Below, piece after piece: positions 42,288 through 53,285 of a DNA stretch of 64,000 nucleotides. A model generated the notes under the pieces. It saw nothing but the letters and a program-made list of their open reading frames with translations. It did no database searches and was not told the origin of the DNA. The position numbers and the translations under genes were made by a program. The stretch comes from Bdellovibrionales bacterium (GTDB lineage Bacteria > Bdellovibrionota > Bdellovibrionia > Bdellovibrionales > JAUICD01), in contig OZ241865.1 of NCBI GenBank assembly GCA_965203275.1, forward strand, positions 1,792,001 to 1,856,000. Reading direction: 5' to 3'. Numbering within the stretch: the first letter of the stretch is position 1; each line of letters opens with the position of its first letter.

Positions 42288-45200
42288 GTGAGAGATTTAT
42301 TGAACTTTTTTGATAAACCAAAAGATCCTTTAGCATTTAATGCGGTGAAGATTTCCATTGCATCTTCAGAAATGATTCGCAATTGGTCTTATGGAGAGGT
42401 TAAAAAACCTGAAACCATTAATTACAGAACCTTTAAGCCAGAAAGAGATGGGCTTTTTTGTGCTAAAATCTTTGGGCCAATTAAAGACTATGAATGTCTT
42501 TGTGGAAAATACAAAAGAATGAAATATAGAGGTGTGATCTGCGAAAAGTGTGGTGTGGAAGTTTCACAGAGTAAAGTGCGTCGAGAGCGTATGGGACATA
42601 TTGAATTGGCAACTCCTGTAGCTCATATTTGGTTTTTAAGATCTCTACCGAGTCGTATTGGCAATCTTTTAGATATGACCTTAAAAGATGTAGAGAGAGT
42701 ACTTTATTGTGAGGCTCATGTTGTTATAGATCCTTTAGAAACCTCTCTACAAGCTGGAGAAATTTTATCAGAAGAGCAGTATAAAAAGGCAATAGAAAAA
42801 TATGGTGGTGCTTTTAAAACATCAATGGGTGGTGCTGCTGTTCGAGAGCTTTTAAGGAGAATAGACATTAAAACCCTTTCACATCAACTAAGAGAAGAAA
42901 TCAAAAAAAGCAAATCAGAAGCCAATATTAAAAAATTAGTTAAAAGACTTAAGGTTGTGGATGCTTTTAAAGGTTCATCTAACAAGCCTGAGTGGATGAT
43001 GATGGATGTCGTTCCTGTTATCCCACCTGACTTGCGGCCATTGGTTCCTTTAGATGGAGGAAGATTTGCTACATCTGACTTAAATGATCTTTATCGTCGA
43101 GTCATTAATAGAAACAATCGGCTGCGAAGATTGCAAGAGTTATCTGCACCTGAGATTATTATCCGCAACGAAAAGAGAATGCTCCAAGAGGCTGTGGATG
43201 CTTTGTTTGATAATGGTCGTCGAGGCAAGGTCTTTACAGGGCAGAACAAACGTCCTTTGCGATCTTTAAGTGATATGCTCAAAGGGAAGCAAGGCCGTTT
43301 CCGTCAGAATCTTTTAGGTAAAAGGGTTGATTATTCTGGGCGATCTGTGATTGTGGTAGGTTCTCACCTCAAACTTCATCAATGCGGGCTACCTAAAAAA
43401 ATGGCATTGGAATTATTTAAGCCTTTCATTTACAACCGGTTAGAGGAAAAAGGCATTACTTCTACAATTAAACAGGCAAAAAAAATGGTGGAACAAGAGA
43501 AAAAACAAGTCTGGGATGTGTTAGCAGAAGTGGTGAAAGAACACCCTGTCTTACTTAATAGAGCCCCTACTTTACACAGGCTTGGTATTCAGGCTTTTGA
43601 ACCTGTCTTAAATGATACAAAAGCTATTCAATTGCATCCTTTAGTTTGTACTGCTTTCAATGCAGACTTTGATGGTGATCAAATGGCCGTCCATGTACCT
43701 TTATCTATTGAAGCTCAAGTAGAAGCCAGAGTGTTAATGATGTCTACAAACAATATTTTATCACCTGCAAATGGCCGTCCTATTATCAACCCTTCTCAAG
43801 ATGTGGTGTTGGGTTTGTATTGGATGACAAGGGAAAAGGTAGGAGCGAAAGGTTCAGGTCGTCTTTTTGGCAATAGAGAAGAGGTCATGTACGCTTACAC
43901 AGACAAACAGCTTGAGTTACAATCTGGAGTTAAAATTCGAATTGATGGGAAAATGTATAATACGACAGTTGGTCGGGTTATTTTATCAGATATTGTACCA
44001 AGAGAGATTCCTTTTGAGCTTGTTAATCAAGTGATGACCAAAAAACAAATTGCTAATCTTGTAGATGCTTGTTTTAGAGCCAATGGAGGTAAAGCCACTG
44101 TTCTGCTTGCAGACCGCTTAATGCAAACAGGATTTAAGTATTCAACCACCGCAGGAATTTCTATATGTTTAGATGATATGATCATACCAGGTGCAAAGTC
44201 TAAACTCATTGAAGATGCTAATGTTCAGATTCAAGAGATCCAAATGCAATATGATGAGGGGTTGATCACAGAAGGGGAACGTTATAACAAAGTGGTTGAC
44301 CTTTGGGCCCAAACTTCGGACATGGTCGCTAAAAAATTAATGCAAGAGATAGAAACAGAAGAATTTATTGTAGATGGTAAAAATGTCAGAAGTCCTAGTT
44401 TCAATAGTATATTTGTTATGGCAGATTCTGGTGCAAGAGGTTCTGCTGCACAGATTCGCCAGCTAGCAGGTATGAGAGGCTTGATGGCCAAACCTTCTGG
44501 TGAGATCATTGAATCTCCTATTACTGCTAACTTTAGAGAAGGGCTTTCTGTCTTGCAATATTTTATTTCCACACATGGTGCGAGAAAAGGTTTAGCTGAT
44601 ACAGCCTTGAAAACAGCTAACTCAGGATATTTGACTAGAAGACTTGTGGATGCAGCACAAGATTGTACTGTTTTAGAATGGGATTGCCAAACAAAAGATG
44701 GGATCACAGTGCGAGCTTTAACAGATGGAGGTGAAGTCATTGAGTCACTGGGTGAAAGGGTTTTAGGGCGTGTGGCTTTTGAAGACATTGTGGACCTCTA
44801 CTCTAATGAAGTCTTACTTCCTAAGAACCAAGAGATCACAGAAGACGTCGTAGCTAAAATGGATGAAAGAGGTATTGAGTCTGTTCAAATTCGCTCTGTA
44901 TTGACCTGTAGAACCAAGCGAGGTGTTTGTGTGATGTGTTATGGTAGAGATTTAGCACGTGGAAACTTAGTCAACTTAGGAGAAGCTGTAGGAATCATCT
45001 CTGCTCAATCTATTGGTGAGCCTGGCACACAGCTGACAATGCGGACATTCCATTTAGGGGGAACAGCTACTAGAACAGTCGAACAGTCTGTTTGTGAATC
45101 ACGTTATGATGGGAAGGCTCAATTTGAAGATGTCATTTATGTGGAAAATAGAGATAAAAAATTAACTGTAATGAATCGAAATGGTTATTTGATTGTCATA

Positions 45201-46436
45201 GATAAAACAGGTCGAGAGAGAGAGAGATTTTCTTTAAATTATGGATCTGTTTTGAATGTGAAGGATGGGGATAAACTTAAAAAAGGTCAATTATTAGTAG
45301 AATGGGATCCTTACATCACACCTATTGTAACAGAAGTAGCAGGTCGAGTTAAATATATGGATATTGAGGAAGGTGTTACAATGTCAGATCAGGTGGATCC
45401 TGTGACAGGTTTTTCTACAAAGATGATTATTGGAGGTAAGGAAGCTAAATTAAAACCTACTATTATGATTGTGGATAAAAATGGCAAACAAATTAAGTTA
45501 CCCAATAGAGCTTTAGGAGTTCAATATCGCTTACCTATAGGAGCTCAGCTTTTAGTGACAGATGATGCAGAGGTAATAGCAGGAGATGTGATCGCAAAGA
45601 TTCATAGAGAAACCACAAAAACAAAAGATATTACAGGTGGTTTGCCACGTGTGGCAGAGTTATTTGAAGCCAGAAAGCCTAAGGAAGCAGCTATTGTGGC
45701 AGAAATTGATGGTTATGTGAGTTTTGGTAAAGATTTGAAAGGAAAGCAGAGAGTTGTTATTACACCACATGAAGGAGAAGAGAAAGAATATTTAATTCCT
45801 AAAGGTAAGCATATTGCTGTGCATGAAGGTGAGTTTGTGAAAGCAGGAGAGCCATTGATGGATGGTTCTACAAATCCCCATGATATTTTGGCAGTATTAG
45901 GTAGTAAGCAATTATCTTCTTATATGGTCAATGAGATTCAAGAAGTATATAGATTGCAAGGTGTACCTATTAATGATAAGCATATTGAAGTCATTGTCAG
46001 GCAGATGCTCAAAAAGGTGAGGATTATAGATCCTGGTAGTACTTTGTTCTTAGCAGGGGAGCAAGTAGAAAAAATAGATTTTGATAAAGCTAATGAGAAG
46101 GCTGTAAAAGAGGGTACTCAGGTAGCTACTTGTGAGCCTTTATTATTAGGCATCACAAAGGCAAGTTTAAGTACGGACAGTTGGATTTCAGCAGCTTCTT
46201 TCCAAGAGACAACTAAGATTCTGACAGAGGCAGTGATTTCTGGCTCTAAGGATATATTGAGAGGATTAAAAGAAAATATTATTATGGGCCGGTTGATTCC
46301 AGCTGGGACAGGGCTACCTTGTTATAAGAATTGGAAAATTCAAGTGCGTCGTAGAGTAGAAGAAGAATCTCCTCCAGATACTTTATCTTTTGGTCGTGAA
46401 GGAGGTATAGGAGAATCTATGGGTGCGATGTATTAG
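42288..46436 (+). CDS. rpoC: RNA polymerase beta' subunit
   Basis: [12 protein letters not shown] catalytic motif, zinc-binding cysteines. Confidence 0.99.
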   Translation: MRDLLNFFDKPKDPLAFNAVKISIASSEMIRNWSYGEVKKPETINYRTFKPERDGLFCAKIFGPIKDYECLCGKYKRMKYRGVICEKCGVEVSQSKVRRERMGHIELATPVAHIWFLRSLPSRIGNLLDMTLKDVERVLYCEAHVVIDPLETSLQAGEILSEEQYKKAIEKYGGAFKTSMGGAAVRELLRRIDIKTLSHQLREEIKKSKSEANIKKLVKRLKVVDAFKGSSNKPEWMMMDVVPVIPPDLRPLVPLDGGRFATSDLNDLYRRVINRNNRLRRLQELSAPEIIIRNEKRMLQEAVDALFDNGRRGKVFTGQNKRPLRSLSDMLKGKQGRFRQNLLGKRVDYSGRSVIVVGSHLKLHQCGLPKKMALELFKPFIYNRLEEKGITSTIKQAKKMVEQEKKQVWDVLAEVVKEHPVLLNRAPTLHRLGIQAFEPVLNDTKAIQLHPLVCTAFNADFDGDQMAVHVPLSIEAQVEARVLMMSTNNILSPANGRPIINPSQDVVLGLYWMTREKVGAKGSGRLFGNREEVMYAYTDKQLELQSGVKIRIDGKMYNTTVGRVILSDIVPREIPFELVNQVMTKKQIANLVDACFRANGGKATVLLADRLMQTGFKYSTTAGISICLDDMIIPGAKSKLIEDANVQIQEIQMQYDEGLITEGERYNKVVDLWAQTSDMVAKKLMQEIETEEFIVDGKNVRSPSFNSIFVMADSGARGSAAQIRQLAGMRGLMAKPSGEIIESPITANFREGLSVLQYFISTHGARKGLADTALKTANSGYLTRRLVDAAQDCTVLEWDCQTKDGITVRALTDGGEVIESLGERVLGRVAFEDIVDLYSNEVLLPKNQEITEDVVAKMDERGIESVQIRSVLTCRTKRGVCVMCYGRDLARGNLVNLGEAVGIISAQSIGEPGTQLTMRTFHLGGTATRTVEQSVCESRYDGKAQFEDVIYVENRDKKLTVMNRNGYLIVIDKTGRERERFSLNYGSVLNVKDGDKLKKGQLLVEWDPYITPIVTEVAGRVKYMDIEEGVTMSDQVDPVTGFSTKMIIGGKEAKLKPTIMIVDKNGKQIKLPNRALGVQYRLPIGAQLLVTDDAEVIAGDVIAKIHRETTKTKDITGGLPRVAELFEARKPKEAAIVAEIDGYVSFGKDLKGKQRVVITPHEGEEKEYLIPKGKHIAVHEGEFVKAGEPLMDGSTNPHDILAVLGSKQLSSYMVNEIQEVYRLQGVPINDKHIEVIVRQMLKKVRIIDPGSTLFLAGEQVEKIDFDKANEKAVKEGTQVATCEPLLLGITKASLSTDSWISAASFQETTKILTEAVISGSKDILRGLKENIIMGRLIPAGTGLPCYKNWKIQVRRRVEEESPPDTLSFGREGGIGESMGAMY

Positions 46437-46789
46437 ACTTTGTTTCACTCAAAATGAGCCACACCTCTGGTGTGTTTTTGGGCATTGCTCTGACAGCTAT
46501 CGCTGTCCAAAAAGAGCAATGCCTCAAAAATCCGCTCATTTTGAGTAGGGCGGATCTTCTTGCTTCTGACACCATGTTAGGGAAACAAGATATGCATTTA
46601 TTTCACTCAAAATGCATCATGCCTCTGGCATGTTTAGAGTTTGCTTTACAGGTAATATGGTAGCTATAAAAACTATTTGTAAAGAAAGATTGTTGGGTGT
46701 TCTTCTCTGGGATCCGGGATCCGGGATCCGGGATCCGGCAAGCTGGCATCAGGCACTAAAGTATTGGTCGTAATGAATTTTTTCATCTA

Positions 46790-46839
46790 AAAAATTTCCT
46801 CCCAAGCCCTGGCGGGTTTTTAGAAAGGAGGAAATTTTT
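46790..46839 (+). promoter_or_regulatory. RBS-sequestering hairpin
   Basis: AAAAATTTCCTCC pairs with GGAGGAAATTTTT, which contains the Shine-Dalgarno just before ATG 46840. Confidence 0.7.
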
Positions 46840-47145
46840 ATGACGATGAAAAAATTCAAAACTTATCAATTGGCTACTGAGTTTTATCGTAATTCTAAAA
46901 AATTATATCTGAAAGAGCCTCATAGAAGTCAATTTCGAAGGGCTGTTTCAAGTATTGTACTTAACTTAGCTGAAGGATCTGCTAAACCTACAGCGAAAGA
47001 TCGTAGGAAATTTTATTATATTAGCCTTGGCTCTCTAAGAGAGGTTCAAGCAATATTGGATCTAGAAATTATTGGTTGTATGGAATTAGCAAAACAAGCT
47101 GATAAACTAGGTGCTTTTTTATACAAACTATGTAAGAATACTTAA
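46840..47145 (+). CDS. Four-helix-bundle protein (23S rRNA IVP / Avd-like fold family)
   Basis: QFRRAVSSIVLNLAEGS...F..ISLGSLREV signature. Confidence 0.9.
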   Translation: MTMKKFKTYQLATEFYRNSKKLYLKEPHRSQFRRAVSSIVLNLAEGSAKPTAKDRRKFYYISLGSLREVQAILDLEIIGCMELAKQADKLGAFLYKLCKNT

Positions 47146-47693
47146 AGTCAAATTTGACTTTTTCTGGGATCCGGCAACAGGTCCTGGAACCCGGGATGCC
47201 AGATCCCCAGGTCCCGGATCCCGGGAGTGAATATCTTGTTTCCTTAACATGGAGTTAAGGGACGAGAGGATCCTCTTTACTCAAAGTGAACAGGCTTTTG
47301 AGGCAATGACCATTTTGCCAATGGCGAAAGCCATTGCGGTCATTGTCCAAAAGTGACCAGAGGTCAGTTCACTTTGAGTGAAACAACTCCTTAACATGGT
47401 GTTTATCCGGGATCCGGCATCAGAAAGAACTCTTTTTCCTTAACATGGAGTTAAGGGACGAAGGGATCCTCCCTACTAAAAGTGGTCAAGCTTTCTAGGC
47501 AATGACCATTTTGCCAATGGCGAAAGCCATTGCGGTCATTGCCAGAAAGTAGCCAGAGGCTAGACCACTTTTAGTGAAACAGAGGCTGGTTTATTTTTAG
47601 TGAAACAAACGCTAGACCACTTTTAGTGAAACAGAGGTCAGTTCACTTTGAGTGAAACAAACAAACTTAGATAATGAAAGGACCAAACGAAGG

Positions 47694-48071
47694 ATGCCAA
47701 CAGTTAATCAATTAATTAGAAAGCCTAGAGTTATGCCTAAGGCAAGGACAAAGTCACCTGCGTTAGCTAGATGTCCTCAAAAGAGAGGTGTATGTACTCG
47801 TGTTTATACACAAACACCTAAAAAGCCTAATTCTGCTTTGAGAAAAGTGGCCAGAGTGAGGCTTTCAAATGGCCATGAGGTGACAGCCTATATCCCTGGA
47901 ATAGGTCATAATTTACAAGAGCATAGTGTGGTCTTGATTCGAGGTGGTCGTGTTAAAGATATTCCAGGTGTTAGATATCATATTGTGCGTGGAATTTTAG
48001 ATACACAGGGTGTACAAAATCGACACCATGCTCGGTCTAAGTATGGTAGCAAAAAACCCAAAAAATCCTAA
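47694..48071 (+). CDS. rpsL: 30S ribosomal protein S12
   Basis: MPTVNQL...[11 protein letters not shown]...GGRVKD; true start 47694. Confidence 0.98.
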   Translation: MPTVNQLIRKPRVMPKARTKSPALARCPQKRGVCTRVYTQTPKKPNSALRKVARVRLSNGHEVTAYIPGIGHNLQEHSVVLIRGGRVKDIPGVRYHIVRGILDTQGVQNRHHARSKYGSKKPKKS

Positions 48072-48189
48072 GGGTGCTATCTTGAAAATGTTTGCTTGTT
48101 TATGTGAAATAGTTATATAACTTAATAAAACTTAAGCATGCTCTAGTCATTAAAAAGTAAATTTGTGAATATAAATATGGATAAAAATT

Positions 48190-48660
48190 ATGTCTCGTAG
48201 AAAAGGTAATTATAAAAGAGAGATCACACCTGATCCTATTCATAACGATGAAGTTGTAGCTAGGTTTGTGAATCAAATTATGAGGAATGGGAAAAAGTCC
48301 ATTGCACAGAGGATTTTTTATAATGCTCTTATTGAACTTAAGCAATCTTTTAAAGAAGACCCTATGCCTGTTTTTAAAAAAGCAGTTGAAAATATCAAAC
48401 CTGCATTTGAAGTACGATCTAGACGAATAGGCGGTGCTACTTATCAAGTTCCTGTAGATATCCGTCCTCGCAGACAGCTGACATTAGCAATGAGATGGTT
48501 GGTTGCATTTGCTAGAAAACGTAATGAGAAAACCATGTCTAAAAGACTTGCAGCAGAATTAGCGGATGCTTATAACAATCGTGGCAATGCTTTCAAAAAG
48601 AGAGATGATGTCCATAAAATGGCAGAAGCTAACAAAGTTTTTGCCCATTACAAATGGTAA
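48190..48660 (+). CDS. rpsG: 30S ribosomal protein S7
   Basis: GKKSIA, SRRIGGATYQVP, HKMAEAN. Confidence 0.98.
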   Translation: MSRRKGNYKREITPDPIHNDEVVARFVNQIMRNGKKSIAQRIFYNALIELKQSFKEDPMPVFKKAVENIKPAFEVRSRRIGGATYQVPVDIRPRRQLTLAMRWLVAFARKRNEKTMSKRLAAELADAYNNRGNAFKKRDDVHKMAEANKVFAHYKW

Positions 48661-48814
48661 TACAAATAAAACAACTTAAATTCACTTTTTCCCTTATCAT
48701 GTAATTAAGAAAAAGACATTCTTCCAATGAACGGATTTGTGTTTTACTCAAAAAGAAGTTTATTGCTTTTACATCTATCATCAAAGCCCAAAATAAATAT
48801 TAAACCCAAAAAAA

Positions 48815-50452
48815 TTATTTGAGCATGGCTGGGTTTCGAGTAATTTTATAACGTTTTTTTAGGTTATCAAAATAAACATCAAAGATAGCTTTTCTTTTTC
48901 TCTCAAAGATAGCCAATCGAATAGAAGATTTACTTGCATCTTTATAATTGTGCCTGTCAATAAGTTTCACAATATGAAACCCAAATTTTGTTTCAACTAA
49001 GCGGGCTACTTGACCTACACGTAATCTAACCACACTACTGTAATAAGAAGGAAGCATTGTTTTGCGTGTTTGCCATCCTAAATCACCGCCTGTTTCTCTG
49101 GTCATAGTATCGTCTGTATAGAGCTTGACAAGTTCTGCAAAAGGACGTTTTGATTTTCTCACTTCTGCATGGATCTGCATTGCTCTTTGCCGTGCTGCTA
49201 CTTTCTGTTGTTGTGTAGCATTAGGTCCTAACTCAATAAGTATATGAGAAGTTTTCATTTCAGGGTTATTTCTATAATAGTTTCTCATTTCATTTTCTGA
49301 TATTTTAATGTTTTGAACTTTTTGACCTAAGTCTTTTTCTACCAACCACCTATAAATTAACTTACGTAGTTCCCTTTGTACTTGAGAACCCATCACAATA
49401 CGTTGTTTTTCAGCTTCTTGCACACCCATTTCAAATTGAATAAGATCTTCTAAAAATTTATTTTGATTAGGAGGATTAATTGTTTCACTGAGAACCTGCT
49501 TGTACCTTTGTTGAAAATCACCAAAAGTAATATTTTGTCCATTCACTGATGCAATGGATCTGTTTTTATTTGCAGCACTTTGACGGCTTTTTAAAAGATT
49601 TCTCATAAGTGTTGGATTTTTTCTAATTTTATAATTTCTTTTCAACTTTGCAAAATAAGTTGTAAATAATCTTTGTTTTTTATATTCAAAAACAGCATTT
49701 TGTAGGGTTTCTTTATTTGCCTTAGCGTAAGTATTTTTACCAGTTAATTTTACAATGTGAAACCCATAAGGAGTTTCAATTAAAGGGGCTATTTGACCTA
49801 CACGTAGTTTAACAGCACTATTATAATAATTAGGAATCATAGTATTGCTAGCTTGCCATCCTAAATTGCCACCTGTATTTTTAGTAGAGATATCATCAGT
49901 ATAAAGCCTGACTAATTGATCAAAAGGACGTTTAGAATTCTTAACTCTTGCATAGATTTGTCTTGCTCTTTTGCGGTAAGCTACTTTTTGCTTAGTTGTT
50001 ATGTTGCGACGTGTTTCAAGAAAGATGTGAGAGACTTTAATCTCTGGACGGGTTCTATAATATGCTCGCATATCTCTTTCTGAAACAGTAATACTTTGGA
50101 CTTGAGTGCCAATTTTATTTTCTAGTAGCCATCTATAAAGTAATTTATCAGTTTCAAGTTTTACCTCTGGTCGATGAACAGCCTTTTGTCTTTGAGCTTC
50201 TTGTACACCCACTTCGAAACGTATGAGGTCCTCTAAAAATTGTCTTTTAGTCGGAGGATTGATAGCTTCCTCGACAATTTCATTATATCTTCGTTGAAAT
50301 TTTTTTAAGGTAATTTTTTTATCATTGATTTTTGCAACGACCGGGGATCTTGCTGCATTGGCAGTCCACCCAGTAAAGCTCATAGCCAAATAAATAAATA
50401 AAGATAAAAAAGAAGTAAATGAAAATACAATCAAAAATTTCAAAACATTCAC
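48815..50452 (-). CDS. Exported PpiC/parvulin peptidyl-prolyl isomerase with tandem internal duplication
   Basis: Two homologous modules, each with SHI, GG.LGW and ET.(Y/F)GFHIVKL. Confidence 0.88.
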   Translation of the reverse strand: MNVLKFLIVFSFTSFLSLFIYLAMSFTGWTANAARSPVVAKINDKKITLKKFQRRYNEIVEEAINPPTKRQFLEDLIRFEVGVQEAQRQKAVHRPEVKLETDKLLYRWLLENKIGTQVQSITVSERDMRAYYRTRPEIKVSHIFLETRRNITTKQKVAYRKRARQIYARVKNSKRPFDQLVRLYTDDISTKNTGGNLGWQASNTMIPNYYNSAVKLRVGQIAPLIETPYGFHIVKLTGKNTYAKANKETLQNAVFEYKKQRLFTTYFAKLKRNYKIRKNPTLMRNLLKSRQSAANKNRSIASVNGQNITFGDFQQRYKQVLSETINPPNQNKFLEDLIQFEMGVQEAEKQRIVMGSQVQRELRKLIYRWLVEKDLGQKVQNIKISENEMRNYYRNNPEMKTSHILIELGPNATQQQKVAARQRAMQIHAEVRKSKRPFAELVKLYTDDTMTRETGGDLGWQTRKTMLPSYYSSVVRLRVGQVARLVETKFGFHIVKLIDRHNYKDASKSSIRLAIFERKRKAIFDVYFDNLKKRYKITRNPAMLK

Positions 50453-50624
50453 CCATCCATCTATTTTATTTTAAAAATTATTACTTATTGAAAGAAGAGT
50501 TTATAGTCTTCTTATTTTGTTTTCGGCAAAATAGTTGTAATGCTTAAAAAATCTTCTTTTAAGTTCAAAATCCTAGACTGTGGTCTATAGGATACACTTT
50601 TAAGGGAAAAGAAGTTTGTTATTT

Positions 50625-50891
50625 TTAAGGAGAACAATTTAAAAAGACGACTAAAACACCGGGATTACTTTGACCATGGAAAGATTTTTCATATTCCCAA
50701 GGATAGGAACCTAGCTTTAAATATTGCTTTGTTTTATTAAGTAAACGACCTGACCCCTTACCTGTCATTATTTTGATTTTTTGTTTGTGGCCATGTTTTC
50801 TCAAAAAGTCCTCTATGAGATCAAAAACCTGATCTGTGGTTTTGCCATGCAGGTCAAGTGTAGGTAGATGTTGTTTTTTCTGTCGTCTCAT
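50625..50891 (-). CDS. Smr/MutS2 C-terminal domain protein
   Basis: LDLHG, IMTGKGSG, NPG. Confidence 0.88.
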   Translation of the reverse strand: MRRQKKQHLPTLDLHGKTTDQVFDLIEDFLRKHGHKQKIKIMTGKGSGRLLNKTKQYLKLGSYPWEYEKSFHGQSNPGVLVVFLNCSP

Positions 50892-50909
50892 TATGATACA
50901 CTATTATGT

Positions 50910-51434
50910 TTAATGAAATTCAATAGGGTAGAAAACCTGAGTAGGAGGTCCTGAGAAATGACGAAAAGCTACTCTTTCCACTACAGCTTTCATACATTTA
51001 TGAAGAGTGGTATTTTGTGAAGACCCTCCTAGTACAGATACATCAGAAACTTTTCCAGGTGGTTTAATGTTAAAAGAAAGGGTAATAGAAGCTACATTTG
51101 TTTCTGCTTTTAAATGATTTTTGAGATAACGCACATAACAATTTTTAAATAGTCTTTTTTGCCTGCTTAAAACTCTTTCTACATAATCAGCAGAAGATTG
51201 CTTTGAGGGGTTCTTTTGAGATAAATTACTTTTTCTACTCCGACCTTGTTGTATGATCTCTGAGGCTTGGCTCACATTAGAAAGAGTCTTTTGTTGAATT
51301 TCTTGTGGGTTTTGAGTAACTATATGAGTGGCTTGTGGAATAGACCTTGGATTGATCTGATCCAAAATCAGAGAATGGAACAAAATCAATAGCAATCCTA
51401 TAATAAAAGTACATTTTAAAAAAAGATCACTCAT
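50910..51434 (-). CDS. Membrane protein with TonB-C-like (AgmX/PglI-type) C-terminal domain
   Basis: N-terminal TM; CY...F.I...G.V...C...YPIEF pattern. Confidence 0.65.
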   Translation of the reverse strand: MSDLFLKCTFIIGLLLILFHSLILDQINPRSIPQATHIVTQNPQEIQQKTLSNVSQASEIIQQGRSRKSNLSQKNPSKQSSADYVERVLSRQKRLFKNCYVRYLKNHLKAETNVASITLSFNIKPPGKVSDVSVLGGSSQNTTLHKCMKAVVERVAFRHFSGPPTQVFYPIEFH

Positions 51435-51540
51435 ATTGTTTACAGTATAAACACTTTTCTTCCATCCTGAAACAAAAAAATAAGGGTTTCTTGATTTTTT
51501 AAGTTTCTCATTTTATAACCCGATATATTTCTAGGGGTTT

Positions 51541-52083
51541 ATGGGATATATTTTTAAGGTTTTTCTTTTTTTAATTATTCTTCTTACCTTTGCTCAAGAA
51601 AATATCTTAGCAGATACATACACTTATGATGGTTATCAATATACTGATAATGATCTTGTAGTCTATACATACGATATAGATGAACAAATCCGTATTTTAG
51701 AAGATAGAGATTATGCACAGTATCTTAAACAACAGCAAAAGAAGAAAGCTGTTAGAGATAAGGCTCGTAGAGAACAAGCTCGTATAAGACAACAACAGCA
51801 AAAGGCCCAGGAAAAAGCAAGAAAAGAACAAAGGAGGCTTAGGCGTGCAGAACAAAAACGCTTCTTAGATCAGCTCAAACAAGAGGATGCTTATCAAAAA
51901 GAGGTTCTTCAAAGAGAGAAGCAACAGGAAAGAGATTACAAGCAATATATGGAACAAAAGCGTAAAGAAAGACAGAAAGTCCTAAGAAGGCAAGCTGCTA
52001 ATAAAGCTCAGGTTTACAAATTGCCGTCTTTTTTAAGGAAGGTCGCCTCACAAAAACAAGTCCAACCCCCTTCACATCAATAA
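51541..52083 (+). CDS. Exported charged coiled-coil hypothetical protein
   Basis: Signal peptide; Q/R/K/E-rich helix. Confidence 0.7.
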   Translation: MGYIFKVFLFLIILLTFAQENILADTYTYDGYQYTDNDLVVYTYDIDEQIRILEDRDYAQYLKQQQKKKAVRDKARREQARIRQQQQKAQEKARKEQRRLRRAEQKRFLDQLKQEDAYQKEVLQREKQQERDYKQYMEQKRKERQKVLRRQAANKAQVYKLPSFLRKVASQKQVQPPSHQ

Positions 52084-52787
52084 GTGATATCCTTTAAAAT
52101 TTGTTCAAGAATATCTCGAGGATTTTTAGCCATAATAATAGGACGGCCAATCACTAAAGCTGATGCACCGTATCCCATTGCTTTTTGAGGTGTTGTAATT
52201 CTTATTTGATCTTCTTTTTGTTGAAGGGAATCTTGTAATCTTACTCCGGGCGTAACAATATTGATATTCTTATAAGTTTTTCTAATAAGGGCCACTTCAT
52301 TTGGAGAACAAACAATACTGTCAAGTCCAGCTTGGACACTTAAATCAACAAGTATCCCGACATGATCTAGGATAGGTAGATCTTTCATAGTGCCAGGTAA
52401 GCTTTCAGAAGAAAAACTTGTGAGAATAGTGACACTTAAAATATGGAAACGACGTTTTTGTTGTAGCTTTTTCTCTAATAAAGCTAGCTGCGTGAGAGCA
52501 GGCAATCCACTAGATGCATGCACAGTTACAAAAGTTGCTTTTTGATCAAAGCAGGCTTGTACAGCAGAGATCATTGTAGAAGGTATGTCGTAAAATTTTT
52601 GATCTACAAAAACAGGTGCTACCTGAGCTATCTTTTGAATGAGTGAGCCTCCTGTTTTGAGTAATAACCTAGGTCCTAATTTGTAAGCTCCCACAGAATC
52701 TTTTAAAAGATGAACAATATCCATGGCTTTTTGAGGATCATCAACATCCAGCGCTACAATAATGGGATTTTTTAAATGTAATTTCAC
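52077..52787 (-). CDS. pyrF: Orotidine-5'-phosphate decarboxylase
   Basis: IVALD, DQKFYDIPST, VTPGVR, VIGRPI. Confidence 0.95.
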   Translation of the reverse strand: MKLHLKNPIIVALDVDDPQKAMDIVHLLKDSVGAYKLGPRLLLKTGGSLIQKIAQVAPVFVDQKFYDIPSTMISAVQACFDQKATFVTVHASSGLPALTQLALLEKKLQQKRRFHILSVTILTSFSSESLPGTMKDLPILDHVGILVDLSVQAGLDSIVCSPNEVALIRKTYKNINIVTPGVRLQDSLQQKEDQIRITTPQKAMGYGASALVIGRPIIMAKNPRDILEQILKDITY

Positions 52788-53285
52788 AATGAAATACCTT
52801 CATAGAAGACTGTCAAAAATAAATTGTTTATTTTGTTTACAGTGAAACAGCGTTTATTTTCACTTGAGGGTTTTATGTAAAAATAACATACATAAAAAAA
52901 TACAAAAAATATTATTTTTTACTTGCATAATTTATTTATATGGTGTATTATCCATTATATCAACATAACTGATAACTTAAGTTGAAGTCATTTTGAAGTT
53001 TTAAAGATTTTATAAAAGTACAACATAGGTTAATACAAAATGGCACTTTTTGAAAGGTTTCTATAGCCTGCTGCTTCCAAGTAGCCCTCAATTATAAAGT
53101 CGCTGATTTTGTCAATAAACTATCATTAGAATTGTTTTTTATACTTTCTAAAGAAAATAAATTAGAAAGCTTAACCTTGAATTGTCTTTTGTTTTAAGAA
53201 AAAGTTTTAAAGTAAAGTGTATTTATAATTTAATTTATAAAATTAAGAATCACAAGGAATAATGAACAAACAAAGGAGGTAAATT

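Larger units (their letters stand above)
46441..47660. repeat. Largest composite repeat locus, enclosing the four-helix-bundle gene
   Basis: H ~46442-46548(+), ~47277-47383(-), ~47473-47579(-); (GGGATCC)x4 at ~46709-46736; degenerate heptamers ~47166-47224; stubs 47580-47660. Confidence 0.92.

Noticed and set aside
38804..44788. Antisense or alternate-frame ORFs within rpoB and rpoC
   Set aside because: Shadow ORFs of highly conserved genes.
46840..47145. Diversity-generating retroelement (Avd-like gene)
   Set aside because: No reverse transcriptase or TR/VR pair is visible. The OMP paralog differences include indels and are not adenine-specific.
47560..47660. CRISPR-like periodicity of AGTGAAAC units
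   Set aside because: The intervening sequences are variants of the same repeat arm, not unique spacers, and no cas genes are in the window.
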